From positions 1-58,501 of IMG/VR virus record IMGVR_UViG_3300045988_026548: a stretch of 58,501 nucleotides of DNA; one strand, written 5' to 3'. The number at the start of each line of letters is the position of its first letter. The first letter of the stretch is position 1. This DNA comes from a virus. The position numbers and the translations under genes were made by a program. Positions 44,919 to 53,618 of the stretch are shown one piece after another. The notes beneath the pieces are model-generated. The model had not been told where the DNA came from and searched no databases. It worked only from the letters and a program-made list of their open reading frames with translations.

Positions 44919-45044
44919 CGCATCCCCTCCTCTAAGCGAAACGCTTCTCAGTTTTGCGGACTTGACAAAAACCGCTTTTGTTTGGCTTCGCCCATCGCAT
45001 ACGGCGGTGGGATAGCATAACGCAAAACTGAAAGGAGTTTTGTT

Positions 45045-45917
45045 ATGGACGATTTTGCAACTGGCTACCTGGCCGGGCAGGACGGCGGCAATAACAACGG
45101 CGGATTCTTCGGCAACGAAGGTCTGTGGGCTGTTATTATCCTTGCCATCATCTTCGGCTGGGGCACAAACGGCTATGGCCGGAACGGTGGTGACAACGGC
45201 ATGAACGCCTACATCCCCTATCTGGTCGGCACTGGCGCAACCGGTCAGGGCGGTGCAGACACCCGTGCGGCTCTGTCTGAGGGCTTCTACCAGCAGGACA
45301 CCTCCCGCTCTCTGGCAGGCATCCAGAGCGGTATCTGCTCTCTGGGCTATGACCAGCTGGCGCAGATCAATGGCATCAACGCCAACATCGCAAGCGGCTT
45401 TGCTGGTGTGAACAGCGCCATCTGTCAGCTTGGCTACCAGAACGCACAGCTCGTGAACGGTCTGGAACGCAGCGTGTCCAACGGTGACAACGCCATCAAC
45501 CTTGCCATCATGCAGGAGGGCAACGCACGGCAGGCTGGCCAGACCGCACTTGCCACGCAGCTGGCATCTTGCTGCTGCGAGAACAAGCAGCTCATCGGCG
45601 ACCTGAAGTACACCATCGCAACAGAGGACTGCGCTACCCGTCAGGCCATCGCAGACAACGCCCGCGCCATCGTGGACAACTGCAACGCCAACTTCCGCAG
45701 CATGATGGACTACTTCACGCAGGATAAGATCGCTACTCTGACCGCTGAGAACCAGAGCCTCAAGTTCGCGGCTTCTCAGGATCGTCAGAATGCGCTTCTG
45801 ACCACCGTGATGTCCCAGCAGACCGATACCATCCTGAACCGGGTCAATCCTCGTCCGATTCCCGCTTATCAGGTGGCAAACCCCAACGTGGGCGTGAACT
45901 GCTGCGGCTGCTGCTAA
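45045..45917 (+). CDS. Gly/Asn-rich membrane protein with C-terminal CCGCC
   Basis: aaaggagttttgttATG RBS; GGFFGNEGLWAVIILAIIFGWG TM segment; ends ...NVGVNCCGCC. Confidence 0.6.
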   Translation: MDDFATGYLAGQDGGNNNGGFFGNEGLWAVIILAIIFGWGTNGYGRNGGDNGMNAYIPYLVGTGATGQGGADTRAALSEGFYQQDTSRSLAGIQSGICSLGYDQLAQINGINANIASGFAGVNSAICQLGYQNAQLVNGLERSVSNGDNAINLAIMQEGNARQAGQTALATQLASCCCENKQLIGDLKYTIATEDCATRQAIADNARAIVDNCNANFRSMMDYFTQDKIATLTAENQSLKFAASQDRQNALLTTVMSQQTDTILNRVNPRPIPAYQVANPNVGVNCCGCC

Positions 45918-46002
45918 CCAACACACTCCCCGATAACACCGGGTGAACCATCGGGGCAGGGGTAAGACACCTCTGCCCCTGATTTTTTAGGAGGAAAACA
46001 TT

Positions 46003-46374
46003 ATGGCTTGCAAAACAAGCTGCAAACTCTGCCCGCGCCTCGTCATCTCGAATGCGGTCACGTTCGCCAATGACACGCTGACCATCAACATCCCTGCTGG
46101 CGCATACCAGAACGGAGAGAAGTATTGCATCGTGGTTGCCCAGAGCATCCCGGACACGACCACCATCAACGCTCCTGTGGTCATTACCATCGGCGCAGGC
46201 ACTACCGCATACCCTCTGACCGACTGCAACTGCGCTCAGGCAACTTCCGAGAGCATCCACACCCGCACCCGCTATGCTACCCGCGTTGCAACGTCTGCGA
46301 CCGGCACCGGCACGTTCAAGTATCTTGGCTGCTTCTGCCGCTCCCACGCTGGTGCGCCCGCGTCCATTTCTTGA
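46003..46374 (+). CDS. Cys-containing hypothetical protein
   Basis: taggaggaaaacattATG RBS; MACKTSCKLCPRLVISNAVTF... Confidence 0.6.
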   Translation: MACKTSCKLCPRLVISNAVTFANDTLTINIPAGAYQNGEKYCIVVAQSIPDTTTINAPVVITIGAGTTAYPLTDCNCAQATSESIHTRTRYATRVATSATGTGTFKYLGCFCRSHAGAPASIS

Positions 46375-46387
46375 GGAGGTATAGATT

Positions 46388-47026
46388 ATGGGCAAGAACA
46401 ATTTTCGCCGCATGATGATGCTCCGTGACCACGACAAAAACCGTGAGCCGGAACGTGACCGCCTTGAGGAAGAGCGTGACCGCAGGGAGCGTGAGATGGA
46501 ACGCCGTCTGCGTAAGCTGGAAGGTGGCAACGACCGCCATCCCTACTATCCGCAGGAGGAAAACCGCTACATCGACCCTTACCCTATCCCCCGCTACCCT
46601 GACGTAGAGTATGGGCGCAAGATGCCGCAAATCGGTTTTTCGCAGAACGGCGACTGGGATAAACGGTCTGGTCAGTATGAACATGGCGGTGCGGACAGCC
46701 GCTCCATCAAGATGCCACGCCAGCACCTCACCCACGATGAAGCGGAGGAATGGTGCGACAGCATGGTGAACGCTGACGGCACAAAGGGTTGCCACTGGAC
46801 GTTGGAGCAGACGCAGGACGTTGCCAAACAGCGCAACATCACTTGTGACCCGAACGATTTCTGGGCGGTCATGAACATGATGTACTCGGATTATTGTCAG
46901 GTCGCAAAGCGTCAGTCCGTTGACACTCCGGGCTTCTACGCTGACATGGCAAAGGCGTTCCTTGAGGACGCAGATGCCGCAGATGGCAAGGCGTATCTCT
47001 ACTGGGATTGCATTGCTGATAAGTAA
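46388..47026 (+). CDS. Hypothetical protein with a charged Arg/Glu/Asp N-terminus
   Basis: tgaggaggtatagattATG RBS; REPERDRLEEERDRREREMERRLRK, then a globular C-terminal domain (...MNMMYSDY...). Confidence 0.6.
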   Translation: MGKNNFRRMMMLRDHDKNREPERDRLEEERDRREREMERRLRKLEGGNDRHPYYPQEENRYIDPYPIPRYPDVEYGRKMPQIGFSQNGDWDKRSGQYEHGGADSRSIKMPRQHLTHDEAEEWCDSMVNADGTKGCHWTLEQTQDVAKQRNITCDPNDFWAVMNMMYSDYCQVAKRQSVDTPGFYADMAKAFLEDADAADGKAYLYWDCIADK

Positions 47027-47031
47027 AACAG

Positions 47032-47070
47032 AACCCCTGTGCGGTCGTTGTGGCTACACAGGGGTTTATT
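47032..47070. terminator. Bidirectional terminator
   Basis: aacccctgtg...cacaggggtt 10-bp stem between convergent genes. Confidence 0.7.
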
Positions 47071-47071
47071 G

Positions 47072-47503
47072 TTATCTCCAAATCATAAAGCACTTATTGT
47101 CTACGCAATCTTGAAGGATTTCTTTGAAGTCTTTGAACTTTGCGGGATTTTCTCTACCAGCATATCCGTAAATAATGCTATCGTCATAATCGCCTATGAC
47201 TTTCAAAATTTCCTTGCAAGCACCGTACCGAATTTTCCCATCACAGTCTGACTGATAAAGAAAATCTGCAATTTTGATTGGAAGTTCCTTGCTTTCAACC
47301 AATCGCTCCGTTTCGTCATCGTACAATTCAAGAGCGTGTTCTTTTTCGGGAGATGGCATATCGAAAATACCATCAAGCTTTTTATAGTGTTCTCCGACTT
47401 CTGAACCAACAAGTTCTGCAACTTTCGTTCTCAACTTGAAAAAACCGAAATAGCCCACATCTATTTCACGCCCAGTCTTTTTGCATTTGATTGTTACACC
47501 CAT
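47072..47503 (-). CDS. Hypothetical protein
   Basis: 143-aa ORF, last gene of the minus-strand plasmid-module operon. Confidence 0.6.
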   Translation of the reverse strand: MGVTIKCKKTGREIDVGYFGFFKLRTKVAELVGSEVGEHYKKLDGIFDMPSPEKEHALELYDDETERLVESKELPIKIADFLYQSDCDGKIRYGACKEILKVIGDYDDSIIYGYAGRENPAKFKDFKEILQDCVDNKCFMIWR

Positions 47504-47506
47504 TCG

Positions 47507-48079
47507 TTAATCCTCCAAGAAATCCTCCAATTCAATCTTTCCTTCTGCCGCCGCAACCGCCAGAGCGTACACGAACTGTCCAATCGTCATTCCGTGCCGT
47601 CTGGCTTCACGGTTGATGTACTTGCGCTCTTCCTCGCTCATAAGGATGGTAATGCGCTTGGAACGCTTGCCATCGCCACTTGCAACGCCCTGATGTGATT
47701 CCGGCATCGGGATTTTTTTCTTTGTCAGACCAGCTTCAGCTAGTGCGCCGGGAACATCGCCTTGTTCGATAAGACGTTGAACTTCCTTTGCCTGTTTCAG
47801 CTTCTTTGGCTTACTTTCGCTTACTACGGCATTGTTCGGCTGTGTTTCGCTGTCTTTGGCTTGCTTCGGCTTAATATCGCTTAACTGTGCTTCATTAGGC
47901 TGTGTACGGCTGTCTGTGGCTTCATTAGGCTTAATCAATGCTTGTTCGGCTTCGTTCGGCTTCGCTTGGCTTACTTCTTCTTCCTTTGGCTCACTTCGGC
48001 TTAATGTCTGTTCCGAAAAAATAGGCTGAAAATCAAACCCGCCAAGCAAACCTGAGGATTTTTTGCTGGTCGATTTCAT
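47507..48079 (-). CDS. RHH DNA-binding protein with 10-aa tandem repeats (candidate centromere-binding ParG/ParR-like protein)
   Basis: C-terminal KRITILMSEEERKYINREARRHGMTIGQFVYALAV fits ribbon-helix-helix; six xxxKPNEAxx repeats; same operon as parA. Confidence 0.5.
   Translation of the reverse strand: MKSTSKKSSGLLGGFDFQPIFSEQTLSRSEPKEEEVSQAKPNEAEQALIKPNEATDSRTQPNEAQLSDIKPKQAKDSETQPNNAVVSESKPKKLKQAKEVQRLIEQGDVPGALAEAGLTKKKIPMPESHQGVASGDGKRSKRITILMSEEERKYINREARRHGMTIGQFVYALAVAAAEGKIELEDFLED
47801..48000. repeat. Array of 20 consecutive decamers, TTnnTTnGGC type (10-bp-phased GGCT)
   Basis: 14 of 20 decamers end in GGC, 3 in CGC, 1 in TGC; 30-bp super-period; lies inside CDS 47507-48079. 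Confidence 0.85.
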
Positions 48080-48603
48080 TCTGTGTCAGCCTCCTCATAA
48101 TCCGAATCTTCAAAGGACGGAGCTTCTGGTAGCGGCATCCAATGCGTCGCTCCAAGATTATTACACCAATCTGTTTTCCAAATAGGTTTACCACCGTCTT
48201 CTGGATAGAAGTAACACTGTGCAATATCTGTTCCTGTCAACGGCGATGCAACGAGGACGGGATTGCTTTCAAGTTCTCCGTTTATATCCACCATTTCTGG
48301 GTAGTGGTCGCTCACTTTAATCCATTCCTTGCTCCATAACCATTTTTCCTTGAAATATTGTACATCCTTCTTATACTGCTCTTTATCAGTGTCGCCACTT
48401 CTGTACCAATCACAGCTATGCAAAACACAAAGCAAATCGTACAGAAGCATACTCAAATCTTTGTCTCCAAGCGGATTTTCTTCTCGTGCAATAATCGAAA
48501 GCTCTTTTACACGTTCATCTGCAAGGCCATAATCTGGGTAGCAATGCTGATAAATAGCATTTGCAAGGCTGTCATTTTGATAATCCCAATGTCCACCGCT
48601 CAT
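48076..48603 (-). CDS. Protein with DUF551-like C-terminus
   Basis: C-terminal ATHWMPLPEAPSFE; overlaps both neighbours by 4 nt. Confidence 0.6.
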   Translation of the reverse strand: MSGGHWDYQNDSLANAIYQHCYPDYGLADERVKELSIIAREENPLGDKDLSMLLYDLLCVLHSCDWYRSGDTDKEQYKKDVQYFKEKWLWSKEWIKVSDHYPEMVDINGELESNPVLVASPLTGTDIAQCYFYPEDGGKPIWKTDWCNNLGATHWMPLPEAPSFEDSDYEEADTE

Positions 48604-49370
48604 TTTTCTTCTCCTTCTACAATAATCTCTGCCAACGCCTTGAAGTCCTCTGCGCTTGTGCTCTTTGCCGTGTCGCCGCTAAACAGGCTGTGCCGCTCTG
48701 CCTGCGCCTTACGAACGCCCATAGACGGTCTAATCTTCACATCCAACAGCGTTGTACCCATACTCTGTGCAATCACCGGAAGCTGCTCCACAACCTCTTT
48801 GGACAGGTTCTCCCGGCTCTTGTACTGGTTCAAAAGCAGACCTTCAATCTTCAAAGTTGGGTTGAAATATCTGCGAACATCTCCGATTGTCTGCGAAAGC
48901 TGGCTCAAACCAGCCAGTGCATATCGGTCTGCTGTGATTGGCACGATAATACTGTTGGCGGCGATCAGCGCGTTCACAAGCGCAAGACCAAGCTGCGGGG
49001 GAGTGTCCAGCACAATGTAATCATACTGACCAGACACGCTTTCAAGGGCTTCTCGTAGCCGGAAGTTCTTGCCCATGTCCCGGACGAGCTGTTCATCAAT
49101 GTCCTTCAATGCGTTGTCAGACGGCAGAATGTCACCGGCTTCACAGTGCTGGATTCCTTCTTCGACCGTACCTTGCCGTGTCATCACATCGAACAGGGTG
49201 CATACGTCCTCTGTCTGTGCGCCGTAGGTGTCCGTTGCGTTGCACTGGGCATCGCAGTCCACCAGCAGGACTTTCTTGCCAAGCAACTGCAACGCACCAG
49301 CCAGACAGGTGCTTGTGGTGGTCTTTCCTGTGCCGCCCTTCTGGTTGGCGACAGCTATGATTTTTGCCAT
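48600..49370 (-). CDS. parA: ParA/Soj-type partition ATPase
   Basis: MAKIIAVANQKGGTGKTT deviant Walker A; LLVDCDAQCN; YDYIVLDTPP. Confidence 0.9.
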   Translation of the reverse strand: MAKIIAVANQKGGTGKTTTSTCLAGALQLLGKKVLLVDCDAQCNATDTYGAQTEDVCTLFDVMTRQGTVEEGIQHCEAGDILPSDNALKDIDEQLVRDMGKNFRLREALESVSGQYDYIVLDTPPQLGLALVNALIAANSIIVPITADRYALAGLSQLSQTIGDVRRYFNPTLKIEGLLLNQYKSRENLSKEVVEQLPVIAQSMGTTLLDVKIRPSMGVRKAQAERHSLFSGDTAKSTSAEDFKALAEIIVEGEEK

Positions 49371-49387
49371 TTTATCACTCTTTCTTT

Positions 49388-49669
49388 TTAGTAGAACGGC
49401 CATGCTGCTTTTATCTCGTCTCCGACCCACAACACAGGCGTGACGTGCCATGCAATTACAGTTTCTTTGATTTCATTACTATCGGAATCAAACCATTTGC
49501 CGTTGATTGTATCGTACTCGCCGGTTATGAAACTTTTTTCTCCTGTTTTCTCATCTTCGATACGAAGTAAAAGCCCATGCGGCCATCCTTCTAGGCTTTT
49601 ATCCGGCATAACATCTTTAGTCATGTACCACTTGTCTTTGTCAAAACCTTTCGGAAACATTGGAACCAT
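49388..49669 (-). CDS. Hypothetical protein (weak DUF551-like end)
   Basis: 93-aa ORF between rep and parA. Confidence 0.5.
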   Translation of the reverse strand: MVPMFPKGFDKDKWYMTKDVMPDKSLEGWPHGLLLRIEDEKTGEKSFITGEYDTINGKWFDSDSNEIKETVIAWHVTPVLWVGDEIKAAWPFY

Positions 49670-49714
49670 ACTCTTTCTCCTTTCTGCATTATCTGCTCAA
49701 TGTGCTACATCTGA

Positions 49715-50836
49715 CTACTTCAAGAAGCTATCATCAAACGTAGCATAATCGTCAAGGTCTGCTTCTTTCAAAATTGAGTACATATAAGCGCCGGGGTCTT
49801 TTTCAATCCTATCAAGTCGCTCGCTGACTAGAATCCTGTATGCATTCTCAATGATATTCACAACAGCTTCTTTTTTCTTGTTAGGCTTGATGTTCGGATA
49901 CTTCTCCGGCAATCTCTTTGCCACCAGCTTTGCGGTCAAGATACACTGGTTTTTAGACATCTCCGGTGCAATAGATGCCCAATCCACATCCTCGTATGCG
50001 CCGCTACGGGGCTTTCTGGCAGGTCGTTGGCTCTTTGGAACATCTTTTAGCTCTACGCTTTCAACCTCGTTAGCTTCCACGTCTATGACTGGCTCATTAG
50101 ACTTGAAAGCCACATTGAACTTCACAGCAACCGCATTGCGACCTCTCATGACCTTGTCATATTCAACGCACAGGTCTGATACTTCGTTTATTTCAGCTAC
50201 CGCAATATCAATGACACGCCGCCTAAGATGCTTGAACTCTTGATAACTAGGTTCTCTTGCACCAAGCTGTTCCCTTAATCTATCCAACGTAATTTCGGGC
50301 TGGCTCACGCCACGCCCAATAAACTCTCGGAGAATCGAATACAACAAAATGCTATACTGCGATTTCATATTTGCTGTGTAGCGTAAACGGTACTTGACAT
50401 ATCCACGCTCCGCAATGTCGAAGAAAACAGGTTGCAGAAGCGGATTGCAACACAATGACACAGTAATATTCATTAAACTAGGTTCAAAGTTTACAGTTGC
50501 TCTACTGAACAGGGGATACAAGTCAAACGAGCCTGAACCGTCACCTCTAGGAACTTCAACAGAGTTGTCGATGAAATGCTTAACCTGTGCTTTCAAATTC
50601 CTAGAGTTGATTTTCAACCCCAGAAATTCGCAATATTCTTGTAACGTAAACTGAACCGTTGAAGTTTCAGGGTCTCTCGGATTGATACGGCTAAGATAAA
50701 CTTCAAGTAACCGTAGTTCTCCTGCTGTATAATCAGTGAACTTTGCCCAAACAAGCTGTCTGCTTTTTTCAACCAAGTTCCCGCCTTTAATATCAGACAA
50801 TCTTATCACGCCTCCTCTCGTATAAGAGTATATCAC
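49715..50836 (-). CDS. rep: Rep_3/RepB-family plasmid replication initiator
   Basis: LVWAKFTDYTAGELRLLEVYLSRI..., KYRLRYTANMKSQYSILLYSILREF, IDIAVAEINEVSDLCVEYDKVMRGRNAVAVKFNV; a TTG at 50800 has the better RBS spacing. Confidence 0.85.
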   Translation of the reverse strand: MIYSYTRGGVIRLSDIKGGNLVEKSRQLVWAKFTDYTAGELRLLEVYLSRINPRDPETSTVQFTLQEYCEFLGLKINSRNLKAQVKHFIDNSVEVPRGDGSGSFDLYPLFSRATVNFEPSLMNITVSLCCNPLLQPVFFDIAERGYVKYRLRYTANMKSQYSILLYSILREFIGRGVSQPEITLDRLREQLGAREPSYQEFKHLRRRVIDIAVAEINEVSDLCVEYDKVMRGRNAVAVKFNVAFKSNEPVIDVEANEVESVELKDVPKSQRPARKPRSGAYEDVDWASIAPEMSKNQCILTAKLVAKRLPEKYPNIKPNKKKEAVVNIIENAYRILVSERLDRIEKDPGAYMYSILKEADLDDYATFDDSFLK

Positions 50837-50838
50837 AG

Positions 50839-50964
50839 ATAGGTGTACAAATCAATAGCAAATGTACACCTATTTCCACTTCTTGTACACCTAACTGTCC
50901 ACATTTCGTACACCTATTTCCACAATCTGTACACCTATATCCATTTTTTGTACACCTCTTTACA
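50839..50964. repeat. Rep_3 iteron array (TGTACACCTATnTCCA, 5 direct copies at 21-22 bp spacing plus 1 inverted)
   Basis: Direct copies at 50863, 50884, 50907, 50928, 50949; inverted core ataggtgtaca at 50839. Confidence 0.85.
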
Positions 50965-51148
50965 TTATATAAAACAAGACTATTAACAAGATTATAAAAT
51001 AACTTCTACTAATAGCAGAAGAAGAAAATTTTCCACAAAATCTTTTCTTTCTCTCTTAAAAAGTGGAAAACACAAAGCGAATACTACCAAATAAACAGAT
51101 GTTCAACATCCGAAAGGTCGAAGCACTTAACGGTTAGGTTTACCTAAC

Positions 51149-51348
51149 GTGTACAAAAAGTGGATGAAAAACTTTTAAGCCGGTGTTATGGGGGACAGAA
51201 TGACAAGACACTCAATCGCAAACAATAAATTAGCGATAATCCGCTATTTATTCCGCACGAATATTGTCGATTCATAGCCTATGGGGGACGGATTGACAAG
51301 GCAAATTTGCCCGATAGGTGTACAAAAAGTGGATGAACGTGTACAAAA
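51149..51348. repeat. Paired 20-21 bp repeats A (gtgtacaaaaagtggatgaa) and B (tatgggggacRgaWtgacaag) in A-B...B-A order
   Basis: A at 51149 and 51318; B at 51187 and 51280; extra gtgtacaaaa at 51339. Confidence 0.8.
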
Positions 51349-51378
51349 TGTTCTTCAAAAACTGCGATAATTCGACAA

Positions 51379-51972
51379 TCATCCAGTTATATTATTTGGA
51401 TTTACGGTATAGGAATCATTGGACTTCATAGCAGCTTCCGTTCCAGCATCCTGCGCCTGATAGAGAATTTCCATCTTTGGGGCGGTACCGTTCGGGTCTG
51501 GGTCTGTTCCGGTGGCCTGTGCCATCTCATAGCTACCAGACACCATCCGGCAGACAGCGACCCTGTCCTTCAACGGCGTGTGGAGGTTTGCCAGAATCTC
51601 CGTCAACACGCCGATATGGTCTGAACCGTGATCTCCGTACCGGATGTACAGCAGGGCGTCTATCTCATAGGAAGAACACTCCATCATAGCATCTATGAGA
51701 ATCCGCCGTTTTTCCATGTCGGAAGGGTCGTCCTCAAGGTGTTCAAGTAGTCCCGGATGAATACAAGCGTCCATGTATCGAGCGACCGATACGCCGCAGC
51801 AGGTAAACCAGCGCATAGCCATTGGAAGGGAAATGGCTGCCAGACCTTGCTCCCAATTTGCTATCGTGCCACGATTTACGCCCATTCTTGCCGCCAATTT
51901 CTGCTGGCTCAAGCCGGAATGCATTCGCGCCATCTCTAATGCTTTGGCTGTTCTTACCAAATATTCATCCAT
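51379..51972 (-). CDS. XRE-family HTH regulator with C-terminal domain
   Basis: MHSGLSQQKLAARMGVNRGTIANWEQG HTH. Confidence 0.7.
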   Translation of the reverse strand: MDEYLVRTAKALEMARMHSGLSQQKLAARMGVNRGTIANWEQGLAAISLPMAMRWFTCCGVSVARYMDACIHPGLLEHLEDDPSDMEKRRILIDAMMECSSYEIDALLYIRYGDHGSDHIGVLTEILANLHTPLKDRVAVCRMVSGSYEMAQATGTDPDPNGTAPKMEILYQAQDAGTEAAMKSNDSYTVNPNNITG

Positions 51973-52190
51973 AAATTCTCACCCTTTCAACAAAATCCAG
52001 CAAAACTGCCGGATTCGACAAGCCAAAAAATGGAAAAAGCTGCTATGGAGAACCAACAGCAGCCTGTGTTATAACTGTACCATCGAAAAAAACAATCAAA
52101 ACAGGAGGTAACAACATGATTATCATTGACGGAATGCCCGCATCTGAACCGAACGAAAACAAAACGCCGAAACCGTGGGAGGGTTAGTGT

Positions 52191-52394
52191 ATGAACCAGA
52201 TTGACACTATGCTCATTCCCTATGCCCGCCAGACCGCCTTAAAGCTGGTCTACAACCTCGCAAACAACGATGCTGATAAGTTTGCTTATGAAGAAGCAAA
52301 AAACGTTCTTGAACGCGCCATAGCCGCCTTAGACGATGGACGCGACCCGGCAGATAGCATCGAACGCATTGACGGGCAGCTCGTGGAGCTGTGA
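52191..52394 (+). CDS. Hypothetical protein
   Basis: 67-aa ORF divergent from the XRE gene. Confidence 0.5.
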   Translation: MNQIDTMLIPYARQTALKLVYNLANNDADKFAYEEAKNVLERAIAALDDGRDPADSIERIDGQLVEL

Positions 52395-52510
52395 TTGGAG
52401 GAAAGATGGATAGGCGTTGTCCCTTTTGACTTGAACACTCTCGGCTTCCCTGACGTGAAGTAATGGATGCGAAGAAAATGTTCGATTTTTACAAAGTTGT
52501 TCAAAATACA

Positions 52511-52538
52511 TTGACTTGACAACCATAAGATGTATAAT
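52511..52538 (+). promoter_or_regulatory. Promoter TTGACT-16 nt-TATAAT
   Basis: Read directly upstream of the small ORF at 52586. Confidence 0.55.
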
Positions 52539-52585
52539 CGTATCAAATGAACATCTGCACTTACCGATTGGGAGGATATGCCACA

Positions 52586-52687
52586 ATGAGTGAACAGGAA
52601 AGAACTAAGATTGACCGATTTATTGCATGGCTGCTGGAACATCCTGAAAAGATTCAGGCAGCTAAAGAAATAATAACTAACGCATGA
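52586..52687 (+). CDS. Very small ORF (33 aa)
   Basis: gggaggatatgccacaATG RBS; MSEQERTKIDRFIAWLLEHPEKIQAAKEIITNA; flanked by a promoter and a terminator. Confidence 0.4.
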   Translation: MSEQERTKIDRFIAWLLEHPEKIQAAKEIITNA

Positions 52688-52688
52688 C

Positions 52689-52740
52689 AAAACCCCTTGC
52701 GCATAAGGCTACCGAAAGCCCGGCGCAAGGGGTTTTATTT
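52689..52740. terminator. Strong bidirectional terminator
   Basis: aaaaccccttgcgc...gcgcaaggggtttt 14-bp stem. Confidence 0.8.
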
Positions 52741-52748
52741 GTACCGGG

Positions 52749-53228
52749 TCAATCTTCACAGACCTTCATCAGTTTTAAGAACCGGCTAGAATCAGATTTT
52801 ACAGTTTCGCTTCCGTGATGCCCATCTTCATACGTCACATAAAACGTGACGGTGGTTTTAGATTTTGCGGATGCTGCACCGTAAACAGCACCGGGCAATC
52901 CGGCAATTGAACCGCCAACAGCGGAACGGAGTGCGGCGCTTCCGGCCTTCTTGCTTTCACCAGAGCCTACAATCTTTGCGGACACAGGTGTTTCGTACAT
53001 TTTTGTTTTGAGCTTTTCTCTTTCAAGAAACATATCGTATCCGCGTTTACCTTTTATCAACATCATAGCCCCAATGGCTGCAACGATTAAAAAGGTGGTT
53101 GAAGAATACACAAGGAAAATAAATGAAGCAACCAAGAAAAGCACACCGAAGGCAAATGAAAACCTATCACCCATGTGAGAACTTTTGTCGTTCAGCAGTT
53201 CTTCTTTGCTAAATTTCTTTTTGCCCAC
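52749..53228 (-). CDS. Membrane protein co-transcribed with the repressor
   Basis: Two TM helices (FAFGVLFLVASFIFLVY; FLIVAAIGAMMLI), then a soluble C-terminal domain. Confidence 0.6.
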   Translation of the reverse strand: MGKKKFSKEELLNDKSSHMGDRFSFAFGVLFLVASFIFLVYSSTTFLIVAAIGAMMLIKGKRGYDMFLEREKLKTKMYETPVSAKIVGSGESKKAGSAALRSAVGGSIAGLPGAVYGAASAKSKTTVTFYVTYEDGHHGSETVKSDSSRFLKLMKVCED

Positions 53229-53237
53229 GCCGTCACC

Positions 53238-53558
53238 TCACATCGTTTTGATAAGCTTCATCAAGGCTTCACGTTTTTCTTTTGACATCTCCACCAACTT
53301 CTGCTCAATCCATTTGATATCCGCGTCAACTTCACCTTTCGGCTGCTGGGGCGGGTTTTCTTTTTGACTACCAGTCAGTTCTTCAACTGTAACGCCTAGC
53401 GCGTTGGCTACTGGCGAAAGCATTTCATCTGGAAAATCTCTGTCGGTAGTCAGCATTTGAGAGATATAACCTCTGCTTTTCCCGATTTCTCTGCACACAA
53501 AGGATATATTCACACCTTTGTCGGCAGCGATTTTCTTGGCTCGCTCCACATTGCGCAT
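53238..53558 (-). CDS. CI-like XRE-family repressor
   Basis: AKKIAADKGVNISFVCREIGKSRGYISQML HTH; divergent from the cro-like gene. Confidence 0.7.
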   Translation of the reverse strand: MRNVERAKKIAADKGVNISFVCREIGKSRGYISQMLTTDRDFPDEMLSPVANALGVTVEELTGSQKENPPQQPKGEVDADIKWIEQKLVEMSKEKREALMKLIKTM

Positions 53559-53618
53559 AGAAAAAGACCTCTCTTTTTGTGCAAATAGACAAATGTTTAC
53601 AGAATTGAAAATTGACTA

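Noticed and set aside
44763-45926. 387-aa minus-strand ORF, plus 45844-46530 and 46316-46795 (minus)
   Set aside because: They are antisense to plus-strand genes that have strong GGAGG RBSs. Their composition (Arg/Ala/Val/Gly-rich) is typical of GC-rich shadow frames.
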